Source: Candidatus Aenigmatarchaeota archaeon
GTDB taxonomy: Archaea > Aenigmatarchaeota > Aenigmatarchaeia > CG10238-14 > SCSR01
Direction: 5' to 3'
Assembly (NCBI GenBank): GCA_016213525.1
Contig: JACRAE010000006.1
Location: 16,691 to 80,690, forward strand
DNA length: 64,000 bases
Made by a program: the position numbers and the translations under genes. Of the stretch, positions 28,101 through 37,482 are shown piece by piece. Below the pieces are notes generated by a model that was not told the DNA's origin, did no database searches, and saw only the letters and a program-made list of their open reading frames with translations. Position 1 is the first letter of the stretch. Each line of letters begins with the position of its first letter.

Positions 28101-28996
28101 ATCGTAGGATGGCAGATGCTCGTCTCGTTCACGCATACGGTAGCCTCCGTGACATAGCTGATAATCACAATACCCGAGCCACCGTTACCTCCGGTAGAAG
28201 TTCCGCTTGCGCTACCGCCGCCATCTCCCGTATTTGCGCTTGCTGTAACGCCAGCACAATTCCCACAGGAGCTAGATTTTGCCTCGCCTCCCGTTGACCG
28301 ATTTACCGAGGAGCCTGATATTGAAGACGATAGGCCTACACCACCTGCAATCAAGCTTCCAGTTCCATCGAGACCTATAGAGCCCGCACCACCGCCTGAA
28401 CCACCGGCATTACCATTACAGTTACCGCCATTGTTACCTTGACCGGCTGGCGATGCGGAGCCCGCACCACCACTACAGGTATTTCCTCCTCCCGAACCGC
28501 CACCAGAACCACCGCTACCGCCGCCAAGAGCAGGCGGTCCGCCACCCTCACCGTAACCGCCGCGCCCACCACCAGCCGAGGTTATAGTTGAAAATGTTGA
28601 ATCGGTTCCATAAGCACCATAATCACCAAATACCCCGCCCGACCCGCCGGAACCCACGGTAATTGTATAACTCTGAGAGGTCACAGCAAAATTTGTCCCA
28701 TTTCTATAACCGCCCGCCCCGCCCCCGCCACCGGAACGGCTTGTTGTCGCACCACCGCCTCCACCACCACCCGCAACTACAAGATAATCCACGTTGCCGC
28801 CGCTCGTAACTGTGAACGTCCCGTTAGAAGTGAACGTGTGGATTGTCCTATCGCCATAATACGTAATCGTTCCGCCCGTGGCCCTGACCGCGTCCGCTTC
28901 CGGAACTACGAGGGAAAAGGCCACCAAAAAAGACAGGGCAAAGACCGACGAGAACGCGGTGAGGGAGACTAGGGACGGTGCTGTTCGGCTGCTCAT
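25172..28996 (-). CDS. Giant secreted glycine-rich / parallel beta-helix surface protein (1274 aa)
   Basis: Signal peptide. Gly-rich domain (VVAGGGGGGG...). LamG/ConA-like segment. Many PbH1-like NxT/NxS-rich beta-helix repeats. High density of N-glycosylation sequons. Confidence 0.8.
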   Translation of the reverse strand: MSSRTAPSLVSLTAFSSVFALSFLVAFSLVVPEADAVRATGGTITYYGDRTIHTFTSNGTFTVTSGGNVDYLVVAGGGGGGGATTSRSGGGGGAGGYRNGTNFAVTSQSYTITVGSGGSGGVFGDYGAYGTDSTFSTITSAGGGRGGYGEGGGPPALGGGSGGSGGGSGGGNTCSGGAGSASPAGQGNNGGNCNGNAGGSGGGAGSIGLDGTGSLIAGGVGLSSSISGSSVNRSTGGEAKSSSCGNCAGVTASANTGDGGGSASGTSTGGNGGSGIVIISYVTEATVCVNETSICHPTIQAAINNATSGQTVVMVEKKASGISMSNIKAYYMFDNSDGNLTNMAGSLNAGSSIGSDGNMSVRPNVTRAAGKLGGAFWYVASGAPYGYSEAHSGSNTTKWEFLHYQGGSSMTTSMNLWIKLTEYPTSSRAAIFSDARTVFSESGFELLLRSTRTLGVNIRGTQDILGLQTPVDALPADGNFHMVTLVIDSTDSNSSNRARIYVDNQLKAASSVNPVYGISGAPTRYPTIASSAESTYTNSTIDEFSIWDRALTDNERSILWNGGIGQSLIEYAQYNENVTVNVTGLTLTSNASTRPMIWSNSSHPLYITANNVTVKDMVILYNGSTSSLFSVYVTSVNATVYNNVINNTGSGNYGHGVHYYTGSVSGRIENNTINIAGGDNNIAIRLHGGDDNNTIQQNIISVGVNSGGGNLGIYVQSSSGNNFTQNTISTNGASSGNNGIYLFSSSNSNVFSLNNISTNGTNTNEAILISSSGSNNFTYNNITASGNYNDKGVYVTGSSGSTKNMIGYNEIRTSGYQNSANACIHLESSANSTIVIGNLLVSCQGSPGNSGIYIETSWNSVLNNTVGITGWQYGIYVSGSNNALVGNNMTVTENVGGTDLVVGEYFSGSNNVVYRDIINMVKATNTGVTNSGMIIYDSNNNTFYDINITNLPGKSSLALGGVSSSKYGYLVNATFNRSAITFPYNGASTSTKLFVQHRMNAVVRDQSNNAVNGALIYGNDTASVANTDNPSSNFSATTNSTGQIPTQLLSEFMANGTYNQTSGYLYFSNYVISASKSGYFPYSTSLNVTSYQNLSAQLEQVLSTIEITARSLYSLTGLQMTSGIATATILETGDSGSATISGAQWSIPIYSRTDLNNTGFTLGIFVNDTNGKSGYFVSRIFGSSSLPPQTTCAAQKWRLTGTVTDPASGSFSSSGTVRVEVEGTQNTNSTAFSNGFWDISLEPCLVSGKVYTFNVLLSDAAGRNGLIVLRQVAK

Positions 28997-29038
28997 GTAC
29001 GAGGATTATTTGTCCTTCCCGGGGAATATCTTTTCCCG

Positions 29039-29479
29039 TCAGACTATTTTCTCCCTCAAATAGAGCTCCGACTCGTAAAGGTCGTCCGGAACGTCCGCGG
29101 CGTCTATGAAGAACACGTCGTTCAGACCCGCCAGGCTGGAGAGCTTGGATTTGAGCCTCTCCCTCGTGAGGTTCGTCTCCACCTCGTACGCTATCATGTT
29201 GTCCATGTCCAGAACATCGACTATGCCGCCGTTGACCTCCACCTCCGTTCCGACCCTCCTCTTCATGCCCCTCAGTATCTTGAATATGGACGCCTTCACG
29301 AGCCAGTGCTTCATCGTCTCGCTGCCCGCGTTAGGGAACAGGCAGTTCTCGCCCTTCTGTGAGATGACGAATCCGTTTTCCTTCAAGAGCTCCCTGGATC
29401 TGAAGTACGGTATGCCGTTTTGGCTCCTCAGTCCGTACCTCCTCACCCTTTCGCCCACGCTCTTCTTCCGATTCTGCAT
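29039..29479 (-). CDS. Hypothetical protein (possible PD-(D/E)xK-like fold)
   Basis: ORF with a DVLD..AYEVET segment. Fold assignment is speculative. Confidence 0.3.
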   Translation of the reverse strand: MQNRKKSVGERVRRYGLRSQNGIPYFRSRELLKENGFVISQKGENCLFPNAGSETMKHWLVKASIFKILRGMKRRVGTEVEVNGGIVDVLDMDNMIAYEVETNLTRERLKSKLSSLAGLNDVFFIDAADVPDDLYESELYLREKIV

Positions 29480-29550
29480 GAGAAGTTTTTCTTTGATGTC
29501 CTATATTTTACGTTGCGACCACCAAGCGCGGTTCTAAACTGTAATCATCC

Positions 29551-30786
29551 ATGGCCGCGCTTCTGGTTATAATGCTGGAGCTCCTCCTCTTCGCAATTCT
29601 TGGCGCGGCAATCGGAGTCGTCACTGGCCTGGTTCCAGGGATGCACGTGAACAACCTACTCCCGATTCTGATTCCGCTGTCCCTAATGTTCGGACCTTAC
29701 CAGGTCGTTGTCATGATAGTGTCTATGTCCGTAGTCCAGATATTCGTCGGCTTCATACCCAGCATATTCCTGGGCGCCCCCGAGGCAGATTCGTCATTGT
29801 CGACGTTGCCGGGACACCAGCTACTCCAGGAGGGCAGGGGACTGGAGGCAATCAAGCTCACGGTGGTCGGCGGGCTCGGCGCCCTCCTCGTGTCCCTGAC
29901 AATCGTCTACCTCCTGTCCCCATACTTCCGGGACCTCTACGAGATGTCGAGGCCGTACATAGCCTACATTCTTTTGGGTATCGTCGGGTTCCTCGTCGTC
30001 GGCCAGTCCGGCTTCAAAAAAAAACTGGCGAGCCTTGTGATGATTCTGCTGTCCGGAATCTTCGGCCTCGCCGCCCTCAATTCGCCTTACTCGAACCAGC
30101 AGACCATACTGTTCCCGGTGCTTTCCGGGCTGTTCGGAATCAGCATCCTGTTAGTCAGCTCCATGAAAGGCTCCAAAATTCCCGACCAGACTGGGGACTC
30201 GTTCCTGTGCTCCAGGCAGAATCTAATAAAATCGATAGCTCTCGGCTCGGTTGCCGGCATATGCGTGGGCTTCCTCCCGGCGATAGGGGTGTCGCAGGCG
30301 GCCGTCATATTCCAAGGGATAGGAAGCCTGTCGGACGCCAGGAGCTTCCTGGTTTCCCTCTCCGGGATAAACGTGGCGAACGAGGTCTTCTCTCTGAACT
30401 CCGTCTACCTCATCGGCAACCCAAGGTCCGGCTCGAGCGTGGCGATGGAGGAGATAATGGGCGGCCTGAAGGCGGCAGACGTCGCCCTGTTCTCGGGCGT
30501 GATAATATTCTCGTGCGGCATCGGTGCACTGGCCACCGTTTTCCTGGCGAGGCGGGTACCGAAGATTTTGTGCAAGCTGAACTACAGGACTCTGTCCCTG
30601 TCAGTATGCGCGCTGATGCTGGGGATGGTGTTATTCACGAGCGGGGCCTACGGGATTCTGGTGGCGCTGTCCGGGGCCTCGATAGGGATCCTGTGCGACC
30701 GCCTCGGCGCGAGGAAGAGCGACTGCATGGGCGTGCTGCTTGTGCCGTCCCTGTTTTTCTTTCTCGGTCTGGGACCCGTACTTTAG
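29551..30786 (+). CDS. TctA/DUF112-family integral membrane protein
   Basis: About ten TM segments. G-x-x-PG motifs (GLVPGMH, GFLPAIGVSQA) typical of TctA-like proteins. Confidence 0.5.
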   Translation: MAALLVIMLELLLFAILGAAIGVVTGLVPGMHVNNLLPILIPLSLMFGPYQVVVMIVSMSVVQIFVGFIPSIFLGAPEADSSLSTLPGHQLLQEGRGLEAIKLTVVGGLGALLVSLTIVYLLSPYFRDLYEMSRPYIAYILLGIVGFLVVGQSGFKKKLASLVMILLSGIFGLAALNSPYSNQQTILFPVLSGLFGISILLVSSMKGSKIPDQTGDSFLCSRQNLIKSIALGSVAGICVGFLPAIGVSQAAVIFQGIGSLSDARSFLVSLSGINVANEVFSLNSVYLIGNPRSGSSVAMEEIMGGLKAADVALFSGVIIFSCGIGALATVFLARRVPKILCKLNYRTLSLSVCALMLGMVLFTSGAYGILVALSGASIGILCDRLGARKSDCMGVLLVPSLFFFLGLGPVL

Positions 30787-30834
30787 GGACTCGGATTGTT
30801 TATAAAAATCAGCGAGGACAGATTCCTTTAGGAC

Positions 30835-33153
30835 ATGTTGACCAAGAAAGGACTTTTGAAGGACTTCCAGAAGGAGCCAGAGAAGCACTGGAAAGTGAAC
30901 CTATTCCACGAGAAGGGCTTCAAGAGAAGCGTCTGCCACTGTGGCAAGTCGTTCTGGTCCTTATCGGATAGGAAAGAGTGCCCTGAGCACGAGGACTACG
31001 GATTCATCGGGACAAAGGTGTCGAAGGTAAAATGGGACTACATAGAGTCCTGGAGGGAGTTTGAGAAGTTTTTCAAGAAGGAGGGCCACACGCCGATACC
31101 TAGGTATCCGGTCATCTCCAGGTGGCATCCGACGCTGTTCTTCACGCAGGCCTCGATACAGGACTTCCAGAGGTTCGACGGCGACGTGCTCGAGTTCGAC
31201 TACCCGCACAACCCCCTCATCGTGCCGCAGGCCTGTCTTAGGTTCAACGACATAGAGAACGTCGGCATCACCGGCAGGCACATGACGGCCTTCGTGATGG
31301 CGGGCCAGCACGCGTTCAACGACTCGACGGGGAACGGCTACTGGAAGGACAGGTGCATAGAGCTCAACTTCTCGTTTTTGTCTGAAGTGATGGGCATACC
31401 CGAGGACGAGATTACGTACGTTGAAGATATGTGGGCGATGAACGACATGTCCGCGTTCGGACCCTCGATGGAGTCCTACTCGCGCGGTTTGGAGATCGTG
31501 AACAGCGTCTTCATGCAGTTCCAGGGCATGGGCGACTCCTATAGGGAGCTGCCCCTGAAGGTGATAGACGTGGGTTGGGGCTTCGACAGGCTTTCGTGGT
31601 TCTCGCAGGGCACACCGACGATATACGACTCCTCGTTCGGTCCGGTGGTAGGGAGGATGAAGAAGGAGCTTTCGATCGATTATGATGAAGACCTGTTCAA
31701 GAGGTACGCCTCCGTCTCCAAGAACCTCGACGTGGACGACACTCCGGATTTGAAGAAGGCCAGGCTCGAGACGGCTAAGAGGCTCGGCGTCTCCGTCGAA
31801 GACTTGGAGAGGAAGATTGGACCGATGGAGGCCGCTTATGCGGTCCTGGACCACTCGCGCGCCCTCGCCTTCGCGATATCCGACGGCGGAATGCCCTCGA
31901 ACGTCGGCGGCGGCTACAACCTACGCGTGATAGCGAGGCGCGCCATGAGCTTCATCGAGAAGCACAACTGGAACCTGAAGCTGGAGGACGTCGCCCTGTG
32001 GCACGCCGAGTACCTGAAGCCCATGTTCCCGGAGCTCTCGAAGAACGAGGACGAGATAGTGAAGGTGCTGCAGACGGAGGAGAGGAGGTTCAGGCAGAAC
32101 AGGGAGAGGTCGAAGAAGATAGCCGACTCGATGCGCGGCAAGGCGCCCACCACGGACGAGCTGGCGAGGCTGTACGACTCCGATGGCGTGACTCCAGAGC
32201 AGCTCGGCGTCGAGACCCCGTCGGACTTCTATGACGCCGTCACGAAGAGGCACATGGTCCAGGAGAAGGAGGAGGTCAAGTCGAAGCTGGACGTCTCCGG
32301 CATCGCCCCGACGGGGGTTCTATATTACGAGGAGCCCTACGTCTTCGAGTTCGACGCCAAGATACTGAAATTATTCGGCGACAACGACGACCTCGTCGTG
32401 CTGGACAGGACCGCGTTCTATCCGACGGGCGGAGGGCAGATGCACGACAACGGGGAGATAAACGGAATCAAGGTGATCAACGTCTTCAAGCTGGGCAAGG
32501 TAATTGTGCATAAACTCGCGGGTCCAATGGCGCGCTCTAAGGAAGCAAAGTGCAAGGTCGACAGGTCGAGGAGAGAGAAACTGATGAGGCACCACGACGC
32601 GGTCCACATAGTCAACGGCGCGACGAAGGCCGTGCTAGGGTCCCACGTGAACCAGGCCGGGTCGGAGAAGGACGTTGACAAGGCCAGGCTCGACATAACC
32701 CACTACGACGCGCTCACCGACGCGGAGGTCGCGGAGATAGAGAGGTTGGCGAACGAGGTGGCGGCGAAGGACCTGCCGATAGATAAGGAGGAGATGCCGA
32801 GGGGCGACGCGGAGCAGAAGTACGGCTTCCGAATATACCAGGGAGGCTACGTGCCTTCGAAGGAGATAAGGGTGGTCGAGGTGAGGGGCTTCGACATAGA
32901 GGCCTGCGGAGGGACCCACGGCGACAGCACGGCCGGCGCGGGCCCGATTAAGATAACGCGCACCAAGAAGATAGCGGACGGCCTGGTGAGGATAGAGCTG
33001 GTCGCGGGCGAGGTCGCACTCGAGTATTTGAGGGAGAAGGGAAAGATATTGGCAGAGGTGGCTGAGAAGCTCGGCGTGCCTGAGGACGACGTGCCGAAGG
33101 CCGTAGGCGAGCTGTTCGACGCCTGGAAGAAATTGAGGAGAGGAAAAAAATGA
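30835..33153 (+). CDS. alaS: Alanyl-tRNA synthetase (archaeal type, lacking a C-terminal domain)
   Basis: Archaeal AlaRS N-terminal core. Editing-domain zinc motifs HHDAVH and CGGTHGDS. Ends at 772 aa, right after the helical region that normally precedes the C-terminal domain. Confidence 0.9.
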   Translation: MLTKKGLLKDFQKEPEKHWKVNLFHEKGFKRSVCHCGKSFWSLSDRKECPEHEDYGFIGTKVSKVKWDYIESWREFEKFFKKEGHTPIPRYPVISRWHPTLFFTQASIQDFQRFDGDVLEFDYPHNPLIVPQACLRFNDIENVGITGRHMTAFVMAGQHAFNDSTGNGYWKDRCIELNFSFLSEVMGIPEDEITYVEDMWAMNDMSAFGPSMESYSRGLEIVNSVFMQFQGMGDSYRELPLKVIDVGWGFDRLSWFSQGTPTIYDSSFGPVVGRMKKELSIDYDEDLFKRYASVSKNLDVDDTPDLKKARLETAKRLGVSVEDLERKIGPMEAAYAVLDHSRALAFAISDGGMPSNVGGGYNLRVIARRAMSFIEKHNWNLKLEDVALWHAEYLKPMFPELSKNEDEIVKVLQTEERRFRQNRERSKKIADSMRGKAPTTDELARLYDSDGVTPEQLGVETPSDFYDAVTKRHMVQEKEEVKSKLDVSGIAPTGVLYYEEPYVFEFDAKILKLFGDNDDLVVLDRTAFYPTGGGQMHDNGEINGIKVINVFKLGKVIVHKLAGPMARSKEAKCKVDRSRREKLMRHHDAVHIVNGATKAVLGSHVNQAGSEKDVDKARLDITHYDALTDAEVAEIERLANEVAAKDLPIDKEEMPRGDAEQKYGFRIYQGGYVPSKEIRVVEVRGFDIEACGGTHGDSTAGAGPIKITRTKKIADGLVRIELVAGEVALEYLREKGKILAEVAEKLGVPEDDVPKAVGELFDAWKKLRRGKK

Positions 33154-33464
33154 GCCTTACGATGATTGTGACCACGTTCGAGAACGAGAAGCAGGCATCC
33201 GGGATGGAGAAGGACCTCCTGGAGAAGAGGATGGCCGCGTGCGTCAAGCTCAGTTCGGTCAAGAGCTCCTACCTGTGGAAGGGCAAGGTCGTTAGGGGGG
33301 AGGAGGTGATGATGACGGTCATCACCGACGTGAAAAAGTCGAGCTCGGTCGTGTCGCTTATCAAAAAGTCCCATCCCTACGACGTGCCGGAGATCATCGA
33401 GATACCGGTGAAGATCAGGGAGAAGGCTTACATGGAGTGGGTCGAGAATGTCACAAAAAACTGA
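33150..33464 (+). CDS. cutA: Divalent cation tolerance protein CutA
   Basis: CutA1 signature AACV..S.Y.WKG, HPYDVPEI. Overlaps the alaS stop by 4 nt. Confidence 0.75.
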   Translation: MSLTMIVTTFENEKQASGMEKDLLEKRMAACVKLSSVKSSYLWKGKVVRGEEVMMTVITDVKKSSSVVSLIKKSHPYDVPEIIEIPVKIREKAYMEWVENVTKN

Positions 33465-33597
33465 GTGGGAGGAGCTCAACAGGAAGGAGAGGCTGGTCCG
33501 CGAGGCGGCCGCCATACTGAGCGTCGGTGATAAAGATCTGTCAAAAGTTGTGGACAGGTTCTTGAAAGAAATCGAGGAAATGAAGAAGTCCGCTTAG
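33448..33597 (+). CDS. Small helical ORF (49 aa), not in the ORF track
   Basis: ATG 33448 to TAG 33597. Overlaps the cutA end. Charged helical sequence MSQKTEWEELNRKERLVREAAAIL. Confidence 0.2.
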   Translation: MSQKTEWEELNRKERLVREAAAILSVGDKDLSKVVDRFLKEIEEMKKSA

Positions 33598-34088
33598 GCG
33601 GGCTTCGCTTTCTTCTTGTTAATCTTGTCGAGCTTGACCTCTATCTCGGCCAGCTCCCTCACTATGTCCGTGTCCAGCTTCCTCATCTCGTCCTCCGGGA
33701 GCTCGCGGCTGAGGAACTTCTTCTTGAGCCTGCTCGTTATCTCCTTCAGGTCGTCCTCCCTGTCCTTCAGGTTCTTGGCCTCGTTCGCCCTCTCGGTGTA
33801 GAGGATGAAAAAGCTCGTGAAAGACAGCGCGGCTCCGCCAAGTATGAGCAGGTAAGACGATATTGTTATCGTCGGGTTCTCCGTAGAGCCGCTCGTGAAC
33901 GCGGCCTGTATGAGATAATTGATTCCTATTAGGAACGTCCCGAATGCCATGTTGACCCAGGGGAACGTTAGCTTCTTATCGGTCCCGCTCGACCTGCCCA
34001 CGTATATCTGGAGCGCCCCTATGACAAAGAACGCCATCGAAGCAGCCAGATTTATCACCGTGTTGAACTCCGGCGACACTTCAATCAT
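33594..34088 (-). CDS. Membrane protein with C-terminal coiled coil (hypothetical)
   Basis: Four predicted TM helices then a charged helical tail. Confidence 0.35.
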   Translation of the reverse strand: MIEVSPEFNTVINLAASMAFFVIGALQIYVGRSSGTDKKLTFPWVNMAFGTFLIGINYLIQAAFTSGSTENPTITISSYLLILGGAALSFTSFFILYTERANEAKNLKDREDDLKEITSRLKKKFLSRELPEDEMRKLDTDIVRELAEIEVKLDKINKKKAKPA

Positions 34089-34112
34089 AATTGAGATTTG
34101 CCTTTTGTTGGC

Positions 34113-34979
34113 TTAAACCATCAGGGTGCCCACGAAAAGGAAGGCCGACTTGGCAAAGTACTCGCCGTCGACTATGAAGTCACATATGACGTTCTTTCTG
34201 TTCTCGTTCCTTTCCAGGAGGTACATGTACACGGCCGCATAGATTGAGCTGATTGCGGCGAAGTAAACCAGTGGACCCATGATGCCTATCACACCCACTA
34301 AGACCATGAATACGCCCAGGAACGCGTTCATTATCATGACTACGGACCTGGTCTTATCCAAACCCATGCGGACGGGAATCGTCTGTATGTTGTTCTTCCT
34401 ATCGCCCTCATGATCCCTCATGTCGAACACGACTGTGTTGATGAATATCCTGCCTATGAAGAAGAACGATGTCACCATCAGGGGCACGAAGCTGAACGTG
34501 CTCGAATATGAGTTGACCAAGACCACCACGAATATAGTCCACGCCACGGCGACGCCTATGTTCTTGCCCACCGTTATGTCCTTTATCCTCCTGAATCTGT
34601 GGTTGGTGGGGAGCTTCACAGTGTAGAGGATTACGAATATCAATGGCACGAAGGACAGAGGTACCAGGTCCATCCTCTCCGTGGCTATCAGCACGACCCC
34701 GATAACGTACGCCACAATCGAGAGGGCGGACAGCTGTTTGTAGTATATTTCCATATACTTCGCCCTCGACTTGTGCTGCTTAGCGTCGTCTTCCATCTCT
34801 ATCACCCTGTTGAGCGAGTAGGACGAGAAGAATATCAGGAAGCTGGCCAGGTACACGACGTAGCCTATGTCAACTCCGAGCATGGTGCTGGACGAGTACA
34901 CCATTGCCATAGCCACGATTCCGACCATTATATCGCCGTGGAAAAGGGTTTTTAGGATTTTCGAGAGCAGCGTCCTCAT
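34113..34979 (-). CDS. UbiA-family prenyltransferase
   Basis: Polytopic membrane protein with DxxDxxxD (FDMRDHEGD) and a degenerate first Asp-rich motif. Confidence 0.55.
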   Translation of the reverse strand: MRTLLSKILKTLFHGDIMVGIVAMAMVYSSSTMLGVDIGYVVYLASFLIFFSSYSLNRVIEMEDDAKQHKSRAKYMEIYYKQLSALSIVAYVIGVVLIATERMDLVPLSFVPLIFVILYTVKLPTNHRFRRIKDITVGKNIGVAVAWTIFVVVLVNSYSSTFSFVPLMVTSFFFIGRIFINTVVFDMRDHEGDRKNNIQTIPVRMGLDKTRSVVMIMNAFLGVFMVLVGVIGIMGPLVYFAAISSIYAAVYMYLLERNENRKNVICDFIVDGEYFAKSAFLFVGTLMV

Positions 34980-36115
34980 TCGTATGCCTCCAGTACGAAG
35001 AATCCTTGGCTGGTGCCCATAGATATCTTGTCGAGGAGGACCTGTCTACCGGCCTTGCCTGAAAGTATGCCGGACACCATGCCTCTGAACATCGAGAATG
35101 TCACAGAACCGGCTAGGGGAGTCCATGGGAAGTAGTTTGAGATTATCCTGTACTTTCCGTCCTTGTTTAGGACTATGGAATCGCCCCACCCCAGGGCGGA
35201 CAGGTAGTCCGATATGAGGGGTTCCACCTTACCATTATCGAGCTTCTGCGCGAGCCTCATACCGTAGTCGAACGCCGACTGGAAAACTATTCTGTCGCCG
35301 TTCTCTTTAGACAGGGCGGTCTCCACGAGGTAGAATATGCTGGCTTCGCACAGCATGTGGCGCTCGTCCGCGAACTTCACGACCCCGTTCTTGTATTCTA
35401 TGTGGCCGGAGTCGACCATGTTCTTGAAGGAGCTCCTTGAAAACTGCGGTTCCCTAATCTGGTTCAGTTCGACATATTCAGGTGTGACTATCTTCACGTT
35501 GTCCGTAGACTCGGACTCCGGGTAGTTCAGGCCGACGTCGCGCAGCCTGTAGTTCGGCGCATACACCATGTCGCAGGTGTCCGCCCCCCGACCGATACAC
35601 TTCGGGTGGGAACCCTCTATCGTCGGATCGTCCATTATATATTCCCAGAAACCGGCTCCCGTGCCCTCGGATATTATCCTCCCGATGCCGCTCTTCCTGC
35701 ATACAACGAAGTCCGTAGCCTTCATTTCCAGGGTCTTCTTTTCGAGGTCCAGTGTGTGCTGTATGCCACCGCTCCACATAGCCTCCATGTATCTGATGAA
35801 CATGTAGACGAACTCCTGCATCTCCTCTTCCTTGCCTGGCTCGAACTTGGGAAAGGCCGACATCTTAGAATAGGTCCTGCCGAAAGTCTTGCCTGCCGAG
35901 TAGAGCAGCTTCGCGCCCCTCTCTCCCATCTTGGACTCCACGTTCCTCTCTATGTTGGCAAATATCTCCTCGGGGAAGAATATCTCGCGCATGAACACAT
36001 TCGCGCCCTTCTCGCTGAATTGTGTTACGACGAACCCGGGGTTCTCAATCAGTTCCATTCTGGACATCTCTATGTTCTTGATGAACCATGACACCAGGTT
36101 GTCTTTGACGCCCAT
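34976..36115 (-). CDS. Hypothetical protein, possibly tandem V4R-like domains
   Basis: Internal duplication. Cys-containing G-rich segments HPKCIGRGADTC. Assignment tentative. Confidence 0.3.
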   Translation of the reverse strand: MGVKDNLVSWFIKNIEMSRMELIENPGFVVTQFSEKGANVFMREIFFPEEIFANIERNVESKMGERGAKLLYSAGKTFGRTYSKMSAFPKFEPGKEEEMQEFVYMFIRYMEAMWSGGIQHTLDLEKKTLEMKATDFVVCRKSGIGRIISEGTGAGFWEYIMDDPTIEGSHPKCIGRGADTCDMVYAPNYRLRDVGLNYPESESTDNVKIVTPEYVELNQIREPQFSRSSFKNMVDSGHIEYKNGVVKFADERHMLCEASIFYLVETALSKENGDRIVFQSAFDYGMRLAQKLDNGKVEPLISDYLSALGWGDSIVLNKDGKYRIISNYFPWTPLAGSVTFSMFRGMVSGILSGKAGRQVLLDKISMGTSQGFFVLEAYE

Positions 36116-36199
36116 TCAAACCACTTTATCATAAATTCGGTTCGGGCGACAAAAAGCGTTTTAGTCCATATTTTGATGGAAAAACGTTTATTACAGCTT

Positions 36200-36904
36200 T
36201 CAGTCGCTGACCCGTATGCCTTTCGGGGAGAATTCTAGCGTGTGTATGCTCTCGTCTATCTTGGTCCTCCTCATCTTCCTGACCTCTATCGTCCTGTTGC
36301 CGGCCTGGCCCAGGGTCATGTACCTGAGCACGACAACTCCGTCGACGATGAACTCCTCGAAGCCGAACATGCTAATCTTCTTCGCGTCCCCCTCGGGTAT
36401 CTCGCAGATGAAGAGCGCGGTCGCGCCGGTGCTCTCTATCGTGCGCATGTAGCTGAAGACCTCGCTCCTGACCTTCCCGGGGTCCATGGAGGAAGTCTTC
36501 CATCCCAGTGCTGCAACTGTGAGGCTGTCCAGCACGAATCTGGTAGCCTGGACCCTTCCTATGTAGGCGAGCGATATGTCCTGCAGGTCCTTTATGCTAG
36601 TGGGCTCGGCCGAGACCACGATGAGCTTGCCGTCCTCGTAGTACTTCCTCATGGCGGCCCCCCACTCGAAACCCGACATGTCCCGCAGGAATTCCTCGAT
36701 CTTCTGCTCGAGCGACAGGTAGACGCAGGTCTCGCCCCTGTTCAGCCCCTCCAATATGTACTGCATGCAAAATATGGATTTTCCGCTACCGGCCTGACCC
36801 GCTATGAGGTATGTTGAGCCCCTGACGAAGCCGCCCTCGACGAGGTTGTCGAATCCCGGTATGCCGGTGGGCACCCTATCAGTCTGGCCGGTTGAGGACG
36901 GCAT
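36200..36904 (-). CDS. KaiC/RadA-like single-domain RecA-superfamily ATPase
   Basis: GIPGFDNLVEGG..GQAGSGKS Walker A. KaiC-like layout. Length 234 aa. Confidence 0.7.
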   Translation of the reverse strand: MPSSTGQTDRVPTGIPGFDNLVEGGFVRGSTYLIAGQAGSGKSIFCMQYILEGLNRGETCVYLSLEQKIEEFLRDMSGFEWGAAMRKYYEDGKLIVVSAEPTSIKDLQDISLAYIGRVQATRFVLDSLTVAALGWKTSSMDPGKVRSEVFSYMRTIESTGATALFICEIPEGDAKKISMFGFEEFIVDGVVVLRYMTLGQAGNRTIEVRKMRRTKIDESIHTLEFSPKGIRVSD

Positions 36905-36955
36905 ACATTAGACTTCGTTCGGGTCCATATTAAAAGTGCCTGTTGTCCGCCTAGG

Positions 36956-37438
36956 CTACTGTCCGAGCGAGCCGTCGGCCGTGAGGTTCTGCATGGCCAC
37001 GCATCCCAGGGGCGGGCTGGCCACGAACTCACATAGAGCCTTCACCGCAGACTCCTGGTCGATGCTGTCTATGGACCTGCCGCCGAAGTTGCTGTTGACC
37101 TCCAGCGACGCGGGGCCCGCAGACTCGACCTCCTCTAGTATCACCTGGCCTCCGAAGTCCTGTGACGTCACGATCTGCTCCAGAAAGGCCCTCTGGTCGG
37201 CGCACTCCAGGCACGTTTTTTCATACCTGTACGTGACCACGGTCAGACCTATGGACATGGCCTGTTCGAACTGGACGGGAGAGAGCCTGTAGTCGACTAT
37301 TGGGTTCGTCGGAAGCGCCTCGTTTTGGGGCGCGCCGGCGATGTTTTGGGTCTGCGTGTCGAAGCCCGATATGAAAGCGAACGCCAGGGAGGAGAAGAAC
37401 ATAGTACCTATAAGGAAGAGGCCAATCCACTTTTTCAT
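36956..37438 (-). CDS. Secreted CxxC protein (possible thioredoxin-like)
   Basis: Signal peptide MKKWIGLFLIGTMFFSSLAFA. A single CLEC motif. Confidence 0.3.
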   Translation of the reverse strand: MKKWIGLFLIGTMFFSSLAFAFISGFDTQTQNIAGAPQNEALPTNPIVDYRLSPVQFEQAMSIGLTVVTYRYEKTCLECADQRAFLEQIVTSQDFGGQVILEEVESAGPASLEVNSNFGGRSIDSIDQESAVKALCEFVASPPLGCVAMQNLTADGSLGQ

Positions 37439-37482
37439 ACTCAGATTAATATCGTCCGCTTGCTAATAAATTTAGAGATATC

